Source: Eukaryota sp. GEM-RC1 (taxonomy: Eukaryota). Taken from it: 64,000 nt of DNA. The stretch's first letter is position 1. Every line of letters starts with the position of its first letter. Made by a program: the position numbers and the translations under genes. The DNA lies in assembly GCA_040285855.1 (NCBI GenBank), contig JAUFOQ010000002.1, positions 434,001-498,000 on the forward strand, read 5' to 3'. Shown here one piece after another: positions 47,646-59,860 of this stretch. Below the pieces are notes generated by a model. The model was given only the letters and a program-made list of their open reading frames with translations, searched no databases and was not told the origin of the DNA.

Positions 47646-48418
47646 CTACTTCGAATCGCACTTTTCTTCACATTTCAAGTCACCGCATTTTAAATCAATG
47701 TGTGCGGGTAATTCATACAATGGACAGCAGCATGGAGTAAAACCGGGTACTTGGCAATTGATCCATAACGATCGCAATGCTTCCATATTCTTGAATCCGA
47801 TAGGAATTGAGCCAGAAAGTCTATTACACTTGACGTTGAAAGTCTTGAGACTATGGGTAAATCTCTCATCAAAGCATTCAGGAATGGACCCACTAATGAA
47901 GTTATTCTCCAGCACAAGATATTGGAGAGAGTCGTGCAGTTTGCATAAGCCTTCTGGTATTGCTCCTTGTAATCTGTTGTGTCCTAGACCCAAAACTTTG
48001 AGAAACTTTAGCTTTGTAATGCCTTCTGAGTTAAGATTTTAAATATTCATACCATTTGGCTGATCCAAGATGCTTCCTGCTATACTGTTCTTATTCAAAT
48101 CCAGAGTTTGAAGATACTTGTAACAGTAGGTTGTCTACAGTTAGACATTGAATCGGAATATACCTTGGGCAAAGTTCCACGCAAGTTGTTATCAGCTAAA
48201 TGAAGGTGTGTAACCTTCCCAGCGGAGTTGCAAATGACTCCAGGCCATTGACAATGACTCTTTTCAGCATCAGCTATTGGCCAAGGTTTAGTCCATGATG
48301 ATCCTTTCAAACTCTTGTAAAAGATCACGAGCGATTCTCTTTCAGTCGCAGCGCACCCCTTATTGTGGTATGCCAGTCCTAGCACAATGAGTAGACAGAT
48401 CACGGAAAGCACTTTCAT
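47646..48418 (-). CDS. Secreted plant-type LRR protein; introns 48135-48163 (29 nt) and 48026-48052 (27 nt)
   Basis: Signal peptide, LRRNT cap (HCQWPGVICN), LxLxxNxLxGxIP repeats; both introns restore the frame. Confidence 0.85.
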
Positions 48419-48844
48419 TATATGACTGTAGTCTTGTTACTTTTTCTATTTTACTGGAATCGGATATCTTCCTCCTGAATTACGTTATCCACTTCAGACA
48501 ATGTCTGTAGCTACAATACAACAACCAGACGACCACCTTCTCCTCTGGCTTCACCCAGGTAGTGCACTCAACTTTTACTTTCAAAATTGATTGAATGTTA
48601 TTGAAATACACAGTCTTTTTTTTAATGAACTCTAGATTTATTATAAATGTAATAGATCAAACAACTAAAATTTGATATCATTAAAACAACACCCGTCGCT
48701 ATCAAACCTTACAACAGCTTTCTCCTCATAAAAGGAACTCACTGCTAATAAAACTTTGTAGATGATTAGGGGAACTGTTTTAAAAACAATCTAGATACAT
48801 GTATTTAATGCCGAATTTCTCAACCTCTACTAGTTGAATCTAGA

Positions 48845-50353
48845 ATGCTACTTCGTAAAAACCCCTTGATTCCCTGGATTTCTCAGCATCATGTGCTCTC
48901 CGCGTTCCTCTTTATTATACTGTTTTCTTTATTTAAGCTTCTTCTTGCTCCTGCTTATTTCTCAACCGATTTCGAAGTTCATCGTAATTGGTTAGCCGTC
49001 ACTCATTCTCTTCCCCTGGACGAGTGGTACGTTGATTCTACGTCTCCGTGGACACTAGATTACCCTCCACTCTTCGCCTTCTTTGAGAAGTTCCTTTCTT
49101 TTTTTGCCAACGCCGTCGATCCTAAAATAGTTTCCATTTCTAACCTTAACTACGCTTCCCAGAGTTGTGTCCTTTTCCAACGTATTTCTGTCATTCTCTC
49201 CGACTTCTTCTTCTACTTCTCCTTATGGTTCTTCCTCAAGACCATTTGCAAGAATGACCTTTCGCTTTTCCTCTCATTTGCCATCACTTCTAGTTTCCCT
49301 GCTCTTTTATTCATTGATCACGTACACTTTCAGTACAATGGATTCTTGATGTCCTGGTTTTTATGGTCTTTTACCTTTCTAATCAAAGGAAAACTTGAAT
49401 TATCCGCCTTCTACTTCGCTGTTTCAATCGGTTTCAAACACATATTTATCTTCTTTGCTTTGCCTTTCTTTTTGATACTCCTTGTAAGAACATTGTATTC
49501 TCATCAATCGAAGTTGATCATACTTGTCAACTTGTTCAAAGTATTTACTGCTGGCGCTTTGCCCCTTCTTGTTTCTTTTCTTCCCTTTTAGATCTCAATT
49601 ACCTCAGCTTGTTTCACGATTGTTTCCCTTTCAAAGAGGTTTAATTCACTCATACCCAGCTCCAAACTTCTGGGTGATGTACACGTCATTTGATCTCTTA
49701 CTCTCAAGACTTCGCGAGAATTCCTCCACTTTATTGACCTCTGGATTGACCTTCACCTCTACTTCTGTCCTACCTAATCCACCTTCGTGGCTGTGTCTTC
49801 TACTATCTCTTCTGCCGTGTTTAGTTCACGTTTGTAGGATAAAAAGACGTACCCTTCAAAAGTCTACAGTTATTTCTTTTGTTTTAATTAGTGGCTTGTG
49901 TTTTTTCTTTTTTGGTTATCATGTACATGAAAAAGCATTGTTAATGATTACTATTCCAATGATTCCACTGTTCTTCTCTTCTAGGAGTCATTTGCTATCA
50001 AATTGTGCTTTGATTATGACCTCTATCACGTGTGTTGCGGTCATTCCTCTCTTTTCAGATTTCAAGAGACTGTGTTAATTGTGTTGGTGATTCCATGTTG
50101 GTTTATCTTTTACTTTGTTTGTAGGTTCTACATTTCGTTTGACTTTTCAAAAGTTTTCCGACTGACGAAATTGTACATCTCTTTTCTGTTAGTTGTTGTT
50201 CTTTGCTATCTTTTGTTGACTTTTAGTAACTTTCGATATCCTTTTCTTCCTGTGCTGTTGTTATCAAATTATCTAGCTATTGGGGTTGTCATTTGTATAT
50301 CGTATTTGGTGATTGAGTTAAAACCAAAGTATGTACTAGTTAAGGAGGATTAA
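48845..50353 (+). CDS. ALG8: ALG8 alpha-1,3-glucosyltransferase; frameshifts near 49586-49589 and 50060-50062
   Basis: YFSTDFEVHRNWLAVT, WTLDYPPLFAFFE, IDHVHFQYNG, FKHI, SRLFPFQRGLIHSYPAPNFW, FGYHVHEKA. Confidence 0.92.
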
Positions 50354-50685
50354 AAAGGTATAAATATTGTATAGTATTAATGTATAGTGTGTTGTCTTTT
50401 ACTTCTTATCTTATCTGAGTAATGAGTTGAACGGTGATCCTCATTTTGAGGATAGATCAAGTATTTGTTTAAAACCAAAGTCTTTTAGCTCAGTAGTAAA
50501 TGAGATGAAAACCTTGTGACATATTGATATAAAAGTGACACCCTCGATGACGTGTTAGTTGTTCAGCCACAACCATTCACCAGTTAAATTGAAAACTATG
50601 AAACAGCACCAAGACATAATATTAGAAGTAGTAAATCAGTGTTATTCAAGTCAACTATGTTTATCGTTTAATATCAATTGAAAAA

Positions 50686-50701
50686 GGTGTTAACAAACAC
50701 C
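50686..50701 (-). promoter_or_regulatory. Histone H4 (copy 2) 3' stem-loop
   Basis: GGTGTT-TGTT-AACACC, 34 nt after the stop, in a 3' flank unrelated to that of copy 1. Confidence 0.75.
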
Positions 50702-50735
50702 CTGGCAGAATAACAATACAAAGCAGAAGGAGTTC

Positions 50736-51047
50736 TTATACACCAAATCCATACAGCACACGTCCATGACGTTTCAAAGCATAGACAACATCCATAGCAG
50801 TGACGGTCTTTCTTCTAGCATGTTCACAATAGGTTACTGAATCACGGATAACGTTTTCTAAGAAAGTACGGAGGACAGTACGAGTTTCATCATAGATTAG
50901 AGCAGAGATACGTTTAACACCTCCACGACGAGCAAGACGACGGATAGCAGGCTTAGTAATACCTTGGATGTTTTCACGAAGGACTTTGCGATGACGCTTG
51001 GCTCCACCTTTACCTAGACCTTTACCACCTTTACCACGACCAGCCAT
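50736..51047 (-). CDS. H4: Histone H4 (cluster 2)
   Basis: Protein identical to cluster 1. Confidence 0.99.
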   Translation of the reverse strand: MAGRGKGGKGLGKGGAKRHRKVLRENIQGITKPAIRRLARRGGVKRISALIYDETRTVLRTFLENVIRDSVTYCEHARRKTVTAMDVVYALKRHGRVLYGFGV

Positions 51048-51334
51048 TGAACAAGATTTTATAAGGGTAAAGATTCCACTTTTTACTTGAGGAGGTGAAA
51101 CCGGGATTGTTGTGTTTCGAATTTTTGTCGTTTGTGTATTTTTAATTGGGAAATTGTAATCTGGTGGTTTGATTTGTGTTTTAGAATTATATGCCTGTAA
51201 ACAATTTATAACATTGAAGAGTCTCTAAAATCTACAAGATGAATCAATCAGGTGAATAACAAGGATAAAGATAGAAAACAGTTTATGAGAAGAAAACAAA
51301 AGTGTTGAAAAACACCGATAAAAACACTCCTTCT

Positions 51335-51742
51335 CTAGAAATCAGAACGGATTCTCTTAGCCAAAGCCATGTCCTTGGGCATAATGGTAACTCTTTTAGC
51401 ATGGATAGCGCATAAGTTAGTGTCTTCAAACAGACCAACTAGATAAGCTTCAGCGGCTTCTTGAAGAGCAGAGATACCAGTAGCCTGGAATCTGAGTTCT
51501 CCCTTGAATTCCTGAGCAATCTCACGAACTAGACGTTGAAATGGCAACTTACGGATCAAAAGTTCAGTAGACTTTTGGTACTTTCTGATTTCACGGAGAG
51601 CAACAGTTCCTGGACGATAACGATGGGGTTTCTTGATTCCACCAGTAGCGGGAGCGGCTTTACGAGCAGCTTTGTGAGCCAAATGCTTTCTGGGAGTTTT
51701 AGCAGAGGTAGTCTTGCGAGAAGTTTGCTTGGTACGGGCCAT
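51335..51742 (-). CDS. H3: Histone H3 (cluster 2)
   Basis: Protein identical to cluster 1. Confidence 0.99.
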   Translation of the reverse strand: MARTKQTSRKTTSAKTPRKHLAHKAARKAAPATGGIKKPHRYRPGTVALREIRKYQKSTELLIRKLPFQRLVREIAQEFKGELRFQATGISALQEAAEAYLVGLFEDTNLCAIHAKRVTIMPKDMALAKRIRSDF

Positions 51743-52082
51743 TTGTGATGAATATTGTGGTAGTGGGATGACATTGTTGACATTTCAATATGCAGGGAAA
51801 TTGTCGTGCTGAGAATATTTTCTCGTGTTCTACTTTGACTAGGACTGGACTATTTTGCCTTGGAGTCTTTGGTGGGAGCAAATATTGACTTAATGTTGTG
51901 TTGAACCAGACGATGTGTGTCTTGAATATACGCTCCTGATAGTCTTCCTTAAAACAGTGGATATTGTTGTTTAGATATTCAGTCACAATGAATAAAACAA
52001 ACGGTGCAGAGAAATGTTGAAGTAAACAAAAAACAAAGAAAGTAAAACATTTATAAAGTGTTGAAAAACACCATCAAACAAC

Positions 52083-52511
52083 TTACTCGGCTTCCCCTGA
52101 GGAACTAAACTTGGTAACAGCCTTGGTACCTTCAGAAACAGCATGCTTTGAAAGTTCACCAGGTAACAATAATCTAACAGCAGTTTGAATCTCCCTTGAG
52201 GACAAAGTGTTTCTCTTGTTGATTCTAGCAAGACGGGAAGCTTCAGTGGCAATACGTTCAAAGATATCATTGACAAAAGAGTTCATGATTCCCATAGCCT
52301 TGGTTGAGATACCAGTATCGGGATGAACTTGACGCAAAACACGATAAATGTAGGTAGCCCAGGTCTCCTTACGGGCCTTCTTACGCTTGACCACAGTAGG
52401 AGCTGCTCCTTCAGCTACAGCTTTGGCAGGAGCCTTGGAAGGGGCTTTAGCGGGAACTCCCTTGATGGACTTGGTAGACTTGGTAGACTTTACAGATTTC
52501 TTTCCGGGCAT
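52083..52511 (-). CDS. H2B: Histone H2B (cluster 2)
   Basis: Protein identical to cluster 1; ATG at 52511. Confidence 0.99.
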   Translation of the reverse strand: MPGKKSVKSTKSTKSIKGVPAKAPSKAPAKAVAEGAAPTVVKRKKARKETWATYIYRVLRQVHPDTGISTKAMGIMNSFVNDIFERIATEASRLARINKRNTLSSREIQTAVRLLLPGELSKHAVSEGTKAVTKFSSSGEAE

Positions 52512-52662
52512 TGAGGATAGAACTTGTTGTTTCAAGAATTGAAAAGTGAGAAAAAGATTCCGTTCAGGTGAACCGCACCACCACGAGAATCTCTGCCTCA
52601 CCGAAATTGTCGTGTTCATTTGTTAGACCATTTTCTACAGATTCATTTTCTCGTCCCATTTA

Positions 52663-53043
52663 ATGTCTGAAGAAACTGGTGCCCGTACTCTCTCCTACAA
52701 AGCTGGACTCCAATTCCCTGTTGGTCGTATCCGTCGTTATCTCCGTGAAGGAAAGTATTCCGAACGTGTTGGTGCCGGAGCTCCTGTCTACATGGCTGCT
52801 GTCCTTGAGTATCTGACTGCTGAAGTCTTGGAATTATCTGGTAACGCTGCTAGAGACAACAAAAAGTCTCGTATTGTTCCTCGTCATATTCTCTTGGCTA
52901 TCCGTAATGATGAAGAACTCAGCAAACTCTTGTCTCATATTATGATTCCTTCTGGAGGTGTTTTGCCTCACATTCACTCAGATTTGTTACCTAAAGGTTC
53001 CAGATCTCGTGATACCGCTGAGTCTGGTTCTCAAGAGATTTAA
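52663..53043 (+). CDS. H2A: Histone H2A with SQEI end (cluster 2)
   Basis: Protein identical to cluster 1. Confidence 0.98.
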   Translation: MSEETGARTLSYKAGLQFPVGRIRRYLREGKYSERVGAGAPVYMAAVLEYLTAEVLELSGNAARDNKKSRIVPRHILLAIRNDEELSKLLSHIMIPSGGVLPHIHSDLLPKGSRSRDTAESGSQEI

Positions 53044-53465
53044 GTAGATTACAGTGTTTGTCAACACTTGTTCATAAACGATCTTGTTTGTTATTCGTAT
53101 TGTTTATATGGTATTTTGTGGAGATTCTAAATTGATGTGACTTCATAGAACTCACAACTAAAGAGGCCACTACTTCTTCTTTGGTCTGCTTTGTGCAGAT
53201 TTTTCTTCTTCCATCAATGGATCCCCAATTTTTTCAACACCAGGTATTTGGATATCAAATATGGATAGTTAATTACTTTAAAACTCATGGTGTTCTACTT
53301 AGTTTTTGTTAAATCCCGTTTTGTTTATTATAGATAGTGTTGCACCTGGGCTAAGCCCTTTTGTTTCAGCCCGCCCATTCAAATCACTGGCCAGCCCAGC
53401 CCAGTCCATAATTTCATCAGCCCAGCCCAGCCCAAACAAGTAAACATTGATATAGTAGTGTCTAA

Positions 53466-53807
53466 CAGTGAACGCTAACACATAACACGGCCTGACACGT
53501 AACACGCGTGTTAACACGTGTTAGGAATTTTCACTGATTTCAAACACGCAAACAACGGTTATAATTTTCGGTCTGAATGGTCTAACAATGTCCTATGTTC
53601 CTAAAAAAATTGAAGTGTGACGTTTTAGAAGACCTCTATAGGGATGTAGAGTATCGTAGGGATGAATGTGTAGAAGAAATGAGCTATTTATCGTTGAACA
53701 AGAAACCAGGAAAAATTCTTGTAGCGCAAGAACGTAACACGTTCTAACACGTAACACGCGTGTTAACACGTGTTAGATTCAATTTTGTTACGTGTTAGCG
53801 TTCACTG
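53466..53807. mobile_element. Nested hAT MITE (TAACACGTG family)
   Basis: Perfect 16-bp TIR CAGTGAACGCTAACAC; TSD GTGTCTAA. Confidence 0.9.
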
Positions 53808-54014
53808 GTGTCTAACCTTTCAGCTTATGGTTATTTAGTTCTTTACATTTGCCATCAGAATAATCAATTTATTCATAATGTCCGGTTGCAATATCAACTA
53901 TAATGTATTTTCACAAGTATTTAAGTTCCATTTATTCGAAGCTGTATATAGATAATTTTCGTGTTGATGTGGAGAATTCTACTTCTTTCATTTTCTGAAT
54001 TAGTATGTATTAAT

Positions 54015-54713
54015 CAGCAATGTAAAAATATCTTATTGTTATCTTATTGTTTTTCTGACATTCAACAACAAATGTATTGTCTGGATTGATATCTTATCTT
54101 ATTTATTGGTTATCTTGAGTCAAAACAATAAATATATCTTCAATAACGACGGTATCAAATCACTAAGAGCAAGAATTTGATCACATTCATCAATTGTGGC
54201 CTAATTGTATTGAGGTGTGAGATACTATATTCAATGTTTCCAATAGAAGTTTGGTCCCATAGATCAACATACTACAACAAGAAAAGTTGCTTTCCTAACG
54301 CTTTTGAATTCAGATTTGGTTTAGTGTTTCCTGAAGTCCTTCTGAGCTAGACTGACAAGCATCCCATCTTCATTTCTAGTTACAGGTATCCAACTTAAAT
54401 CTATATACTGTAGATCTTGATTAGATCGTTGCTGTTTACGTTTGTTCAATCTTTAATTTACCCCAATGGTTCTCTGTTAATCTGGGAGTTCAAATGCTTC
54501 AACACAATCCTACTTTATTCTAAATTGACATCAAGAAAAAATCAGGTTACAACAAGAAAAAGAACGTTCTTGAATTATCTTATCTTATTGAAATATATCG
54601 TATATTGTTGAGTTTTGAAGATAAATATATTGTTGATAGAGATGTCCACAATAAGATAACAATAAATATATTTATTGTTATTGTGCAATATATTTATTTA
54701 TTTTACATTCCTG
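54015..54713. mobile_element. Nested hAT MITE (TCTTATTGTT family)
   Basis: TIR CAGCAATGTAAAAATA/TATTTTTACATTCCTG; TSD GTATTAAT; inverted partial copy ending at 58110. Confidence 0.88.
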
Positions 54714-55268
54714 GTATTAATTTATGGTTGCAAATAAACTCTGTCTCTGTAAATGTATAAACTATATTAATCTACTTCACTTTCTTCATCATCATCAAGT
54801 TCTATCTTTAAAGACTTAATTTCTTGTAAAACTTGTTCAAACCCCACTTTCATCCTGGAGCTCAATATAGCTCTCAAAGACTCATTGGAGAGCTTTTTTC
54901 GACTTTGGCGAAGTAACAGAAGCAGGAGTTGTGTGTCATGTGTTATTGTTACGATGTCTTGGTGAGAGGGCATTACAATGAAAGCAAGATTGGGATTTTA
55001 CTGAAAGAAGATGAATTAGAGTTCATGTAATCGACATTGAGGTACATCACAACAAACAAATTGAATTATGTAATTTGTAGTTTATACACAATGGCATCTT
55101 TTAACTATTGTAGTGACTGTTGGTCAATGGCATAACGATACTTACAAAATTGATACATATATCTACTGTTGATATATGTTGCAAAACAAAAATAGAGTTG
55201 TATATGGGCTGAAGGGCTGAGCCCAGTGAATTGTCAAGCCGCCCGGGCTTAAGCCACAAACTCTCAAG

Positions 55269-56174
55269 TAGAGTTGGCAAACGACGCGACGAGTCATGAC
55301 TTTTCATGACGTGACGCGACTTGAAGTCACGTCGACTTGGGTTTTTTTCAATGACTTGAAGTCACGTCGACTTGGTTTTGGTGACGACGTCGTGGCGTCG
55401 TCGTGACTTTTGAGTCTGTATATTTATACTCTTTTTTTGTATTTGATGATGGGTTATGTGTTACACACAGGTGCTACTTTACTCCTTCTCTTTTAAACAA
55501 ATGATAGGTATCATTGTGTGACTCATATTTGGGTCATTAGAATATATAATAAAATCAGTGCTGCGTCAAATTATTACATAAATGCGTCTGTCAAGCTTCT
55601 CAGTGCATCTCTGGAAGTTCATGTTCGCAATGAACAGGTCTTATTATTTGCAGCAACACTTGAAGAAGGCCGCTGAGGAATTGAACGTCGAATCAGTACG
55701 AATAGTTGATAGAAATCAGATGTTGTTACAAGGTGGAATTCCACATTTTTAATAATCCAGACTTATCAAAAATTACTTAGACTCATTAGTACTGTCATCT
55801 TTAACAATGATGCTAAGCTTAGAACGCTTAAGCTCACTACTGATGGATCCGCAACTGTCAAGTCAATCGAAACAATTCATCAGTGCCAAGTGAACGGTTG
55901 TTTACACAAGCAGGGTGCACAGTAACTTATAAAAGAACTAGTTTGAGTTCCAGTTCTGTACAATCAAAACTTTGTTTGAACTCATGGGACGATTTGTAGC
56001 CACTAGAACTTTTGAAATACAGTATGTCTATATCTACTTCAAAAGTCATGTAACGATGACGATGACGTGACTTGACGTGACGATGACGTGACTTGGTTTT
56101 GTTGGAAGTCACGTCACGTCGACTTGGCCTGACATCGTCATGACTCGTCACGACGTCGTCATTTGCCAACACTA
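55269..56174. mobile_element. Nested hAT MITE (GACGTGAC family)
   Basis: TIR TAGAGTTGGCAAACGACG/CGTCATTTGCCAACACTA; TSD CTCTCAAG. Confidence 0.9.
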
Positions 56175-56281
56175 CTCTCAAGCCCAATCCAATTGTATTG
56201 CAGCCCGCCAGGCTGGGCGGCTGGGCTGGGCTGGGGACTGGGGCTGGAATTGGTGCAACACTAATTATAGATGTAATAGAT

Positions 56282-56553
56282 TAGGGTTGTTAAAAGGTTA
56301 GGTCAAAACCTGAAAATCACAGGTCAGGTCAAGGTCAAACATTCGGTAGTATCTGTGGGAGTTTCCTCAAAATTGGATTATCATACACAATTTACTGTTA
56401 ATACACACTAATATTGAAGGAATTATTTGATTTAACTGAGTTTATAAGGATTTTCGATGGTTAAAGAGTTAATTTAATTATAGATTTCAGGTCAAAGGTC
56501 AGGACAAGGTCATCACATTTATTGACCTAACCTTTGATCTTTTAATAACCCTA
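56282..56553. mobile_element. hAT-like MITE (AGGTCA family)
   Basis: TIR TAGGGTTGTTAAAAG/CTTTTAATAACCCTA; TSD not evident. Confidence 0.65.
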
Positions 56554-56726
56554 ATCAATAAACCAAACAACTAAAATTGATGACATTAAAACAACACCCG
56601 TCGCTATCAAATCTTACAACAGCTTTATCCTCATAAAAGGAACTCTTTTATGTTCTTACTTTACTTTTTTTGTCAGTTTTGTAGGAAGGTTACCTTATTG
56701 GGTACTGAGTACACTTTTAGTACTTA

Positions 56727-58110
56727 CAACAATTGGTGTATTTAGTGTGGATAAAGAATTAGTGTGGATTTAATTAGTGTGATCCACACTAATTCTAATT
56801 TTCATTCTTTTTTTGTAGTGTTAATTTTGCACTTAATTAGTGTGGATTTGAATATTCTATCAATGATATCTGAAAATCAGACCAAATCCATATGAAAGCA
56901 CTGATAAACGCTGTTGCTTTTCACTTTTTACTTAACATGGTAATAGCTCTGAAATCTTGGCTGCTTTTGATCGACAAAGAGTCAATTCAATGGAGTCCTA
57001 TCTGCCTCCCAACACCGCTCATTTACCACAACCCGCAGATTCTTTTATCATTTGAAAAATCAAGGCAAAATGGTTAAAGAAATGGAACACCAGAATAGAC
57101 AATTGACTAACAATCGTGACTTTTCTAGACCAGGAAAGATTTGGAATCCTGGAAAGCAATTCTTTCTTGAATTAGCTGAACAGTATATCAATGAAGTCAA
57201 TACAAAGAACCATGCAGTCACAGTGGTTTAAATAAAAGATTGGACAAACTTAAACAGCGTCGGACTAATCAAGAAATAACATATATAGATTTATGTTGGA
57301 AGCTTGCAACTAGAAATGAAGTTGGGATGCCGTTTAGTAGAGCTAAAAATGACTTCAGAAAACACTAAAACAAATCTGAGCTCAAATAGCGTTAGGAAAG
57401 CAACTGTTCTTGTTGTAAAATGTTGATCTGTGGGATCAAACTTCTATTGGAAAAATTTAATAAAGTATCTCACACATCGATCAACTCAGAAACAAAATTA
57501 GAAAGATTGTTCAGTCGAGCAAAGCTTACTACTGGCACTCTTCGATAACGTTTACGCCCTTCAAGCCTTGAGAAACAGTTACTCTTACTCTACAACTCCC
57601 AACTTTGGAATGAAGAGACTGTTCGAAGAATTTTCCTCCACAATGCTTGGCAAGATTTGTTGCACCAAGATGGGGATGTAATAGATGAAGAATAGATTAT
57701 ACTACGATAGGAATTTTTCATTAATTGATCATAAACCCGGTTTTTCTATATTATACCAGTGCTAAAGTTGCAGCAGATAATGTTGTCAATAAATATATTT
57801 ATTTATTGTGATGCCCGACAATATCAATATATTTATTTCAAGCCCACACAATATCAATATATTTATTGCAAGCCCACACAATAATTTATTTATTTAAATA
57901 TATTTTTTAACATCCCTGACTCAGGCCAGAGTTGATGAATTTGAACAAACTCTTGTTTTCAGTGATTTGTTACCGTCGTTATTGAAGATATAATTATTGA
58001 ATTGACTCAAGATAACCAATTAATAAGATAATATATCTACCCAGACAATATATTTATTGTTGAATGTCAGAAAAACAATAAGATAACAATAAGATATTTT
58101 TACATTGCTG
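56727..58110. mobile_element. Mosaic of decayed hAT pieces
   Basis: Inverted copy of about 29690-30143; ERLFSRAKLTTGTLR*RLRPSSLEKQL dimerization remnant (about 57500-57595, +); end of the 54015 family at 58110. Confidence 0.65.
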
Positions 58111-58140
58111 TAGTTGAAGTTCCAATTTCCTACTACAAAA

Positions 58141-59093
58141 ATGGCTGAAAGATTGGGATTCGCTTTTGACATTGATGGAGTTCTCATACGAAGTGGAGAA
58201 CCTATCCCAGGAGCTCGTCAAGCTCTGCAATCAGTCATTGATGCACAAATCCCATATATTCTTCTGACAAATTCTGCTGCTTGTACATCTGAAGAAAAGG
58301 CAAGGACTTTGTCTCAGACACTTGACCTTCATATTCCTCCTGAAAAAGTTATTCTATCTCATTCTCCAATACCTTTCTTTGCAAAGGATCTCAAGGACAA
58401 ACTGGTAGTCATCGCAGGACGCCCAAACTGTCGAGATGTTATGGAGCAACATGGCTTCACCAACATTCTTACAACAACTGATATTTGCAATCTTATCCCT
58501 GACATTTATCCTTATAAGACCTTTCCAAGTCCACAACTTCCTTCTGCTGATGTTTTAACTCAAAGAATACATGCTCTGTTCATTGTCAGTGACTCTGATG
58601 ATTGGCAACGTGATTTAGTTTGTTTCTGAGCACAATCTGATTCCAGCAAATTTCCTTAGATATTGCTAAATGTGATGGTCGCCTTGGTAGTTTTAGTGAC
58701 CAGCAAGTAGTTCCCGTGTTCTTTTCCAACCCTGATTTCGTTTACGCGGCCAAGTATCCGATACCACGAATGACAATGGGTAGTTTTACACTTTGTTTGG
58801 GTACTTTGTTTGAACATGAAACAGGGAGAAAGTTAGAATATGTTCAGTTTGGTAAACCTCAAGAAAGACACTTTGAGTTTGCCGGTAAATTGCTACAGGG
58901 ACTGGGTGCTAATCGTTTTATTATGATTGATGATAACCCTTTGTCTGGGATTAAAGGGGCCAATCAATCAGATGATTGGACGTCTGTGTTGACTCTTACT
59001 GGGATTGCGAAAGAGAATTGTGGTGAAAATCCTGCTGATTTTGTGTTTGATGATGTTTTATGTGCAATGAAACATTTTTTAGAACTTAACTAA
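58141..59093 (+). CDS. HAD-superfamily IIA hydrolase (HDHD5/CECR5-like); intron 58618-58646 (29 nt)
   Basis: FAFDIDGVL, LLTN, spliced DWQRDLQISLD, FFSNPDFVY, FGKP. Confidence 0.88.
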
Positions 59094-59860
59094 CATTTTT
59101 GTTTATCGTTTAGTGTTACTTATCACTGTTTTTCTTTTAGAAAGCAGTTTTAAAATACAGTTATTGTTTCCATTTCATTCTTCAAAGATTCTGTTTTTTG
59201 ACAGATGTTTCATGGAACAATACAGATAGACGAACCGTTCTTAGAACATAGATGTTCTTTGTTTAGAATCATCTTATATCAATGAGCAGAATTCCGTATT
59301 CGGATCACAGCGTGTGATCACATAAATTACATTGTGTTCAAAACGTGTAATGTATTAACATACTAGTACAAATAGCTTTGAGACAAGCCAAAAATCTTTG
59401 AACAATTATCAATTAACAATCACGAACGTAATTGCCTTTTCAATTTGATATTTGCTTTGATATTTGATATTCACATGTCCTAATGACATCTGTGACTGTC
59501 AGAGTGAGAGCCAAAGAGATTGTGTCCATCTTTTAACTTTCCGTTGTTAAAACACGAACAGAAAGTACCATCACCATCACTGAAACACTGCTCGAACTTC
59601 AACGGATTCAAAACATTCAGACAAACTGATCTCCTTTGTCGTGCTCATTACATTTTCCTTTGTTTTGAAAAGGTCTGTTATTTTGGCTTCTTGTTTCAAC
59701 ATCGGTAGGTTAAATAAAACGAAAAATAAATGTTAGTATAAAACAATAATGAATACAGAATACAGAATACAGTACAGAAGACTGTATTAACTATATTTTA
59801 TATATCGCAGTTTCAAGTGTTAATCCAAAGTGTATCGTAGCTAGAAGAATGTGTTCAAAT

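Larger units (their letters stand above)
53335..56263. mobile_element. Non-autonomous hAT element (GCCCAGCCC family) hosting three nested hAT elements
   Basis: TIR TAGTGTTGCACC/GGTGCAACACTA; perfect TSD ATTATAGA; remnant RQSRKKLSNESL at about 54880-54915 (-). Confidence 0.88.

Noticed and set aside
49571..49591. 21-nt GT-AG intron in ALG8
   Set aside because: It would not change the frame and would delete the conserved SFxPF motif.
19456..49591. Stop-codon reassignment or Euplotes-type shifting at TAG
   Set aside because: TAA, TAG and TGA all end conserved genes here. The kinase consensus (EPxxR) favours an indel upstream of the TAG, and most shifts are not at stops.
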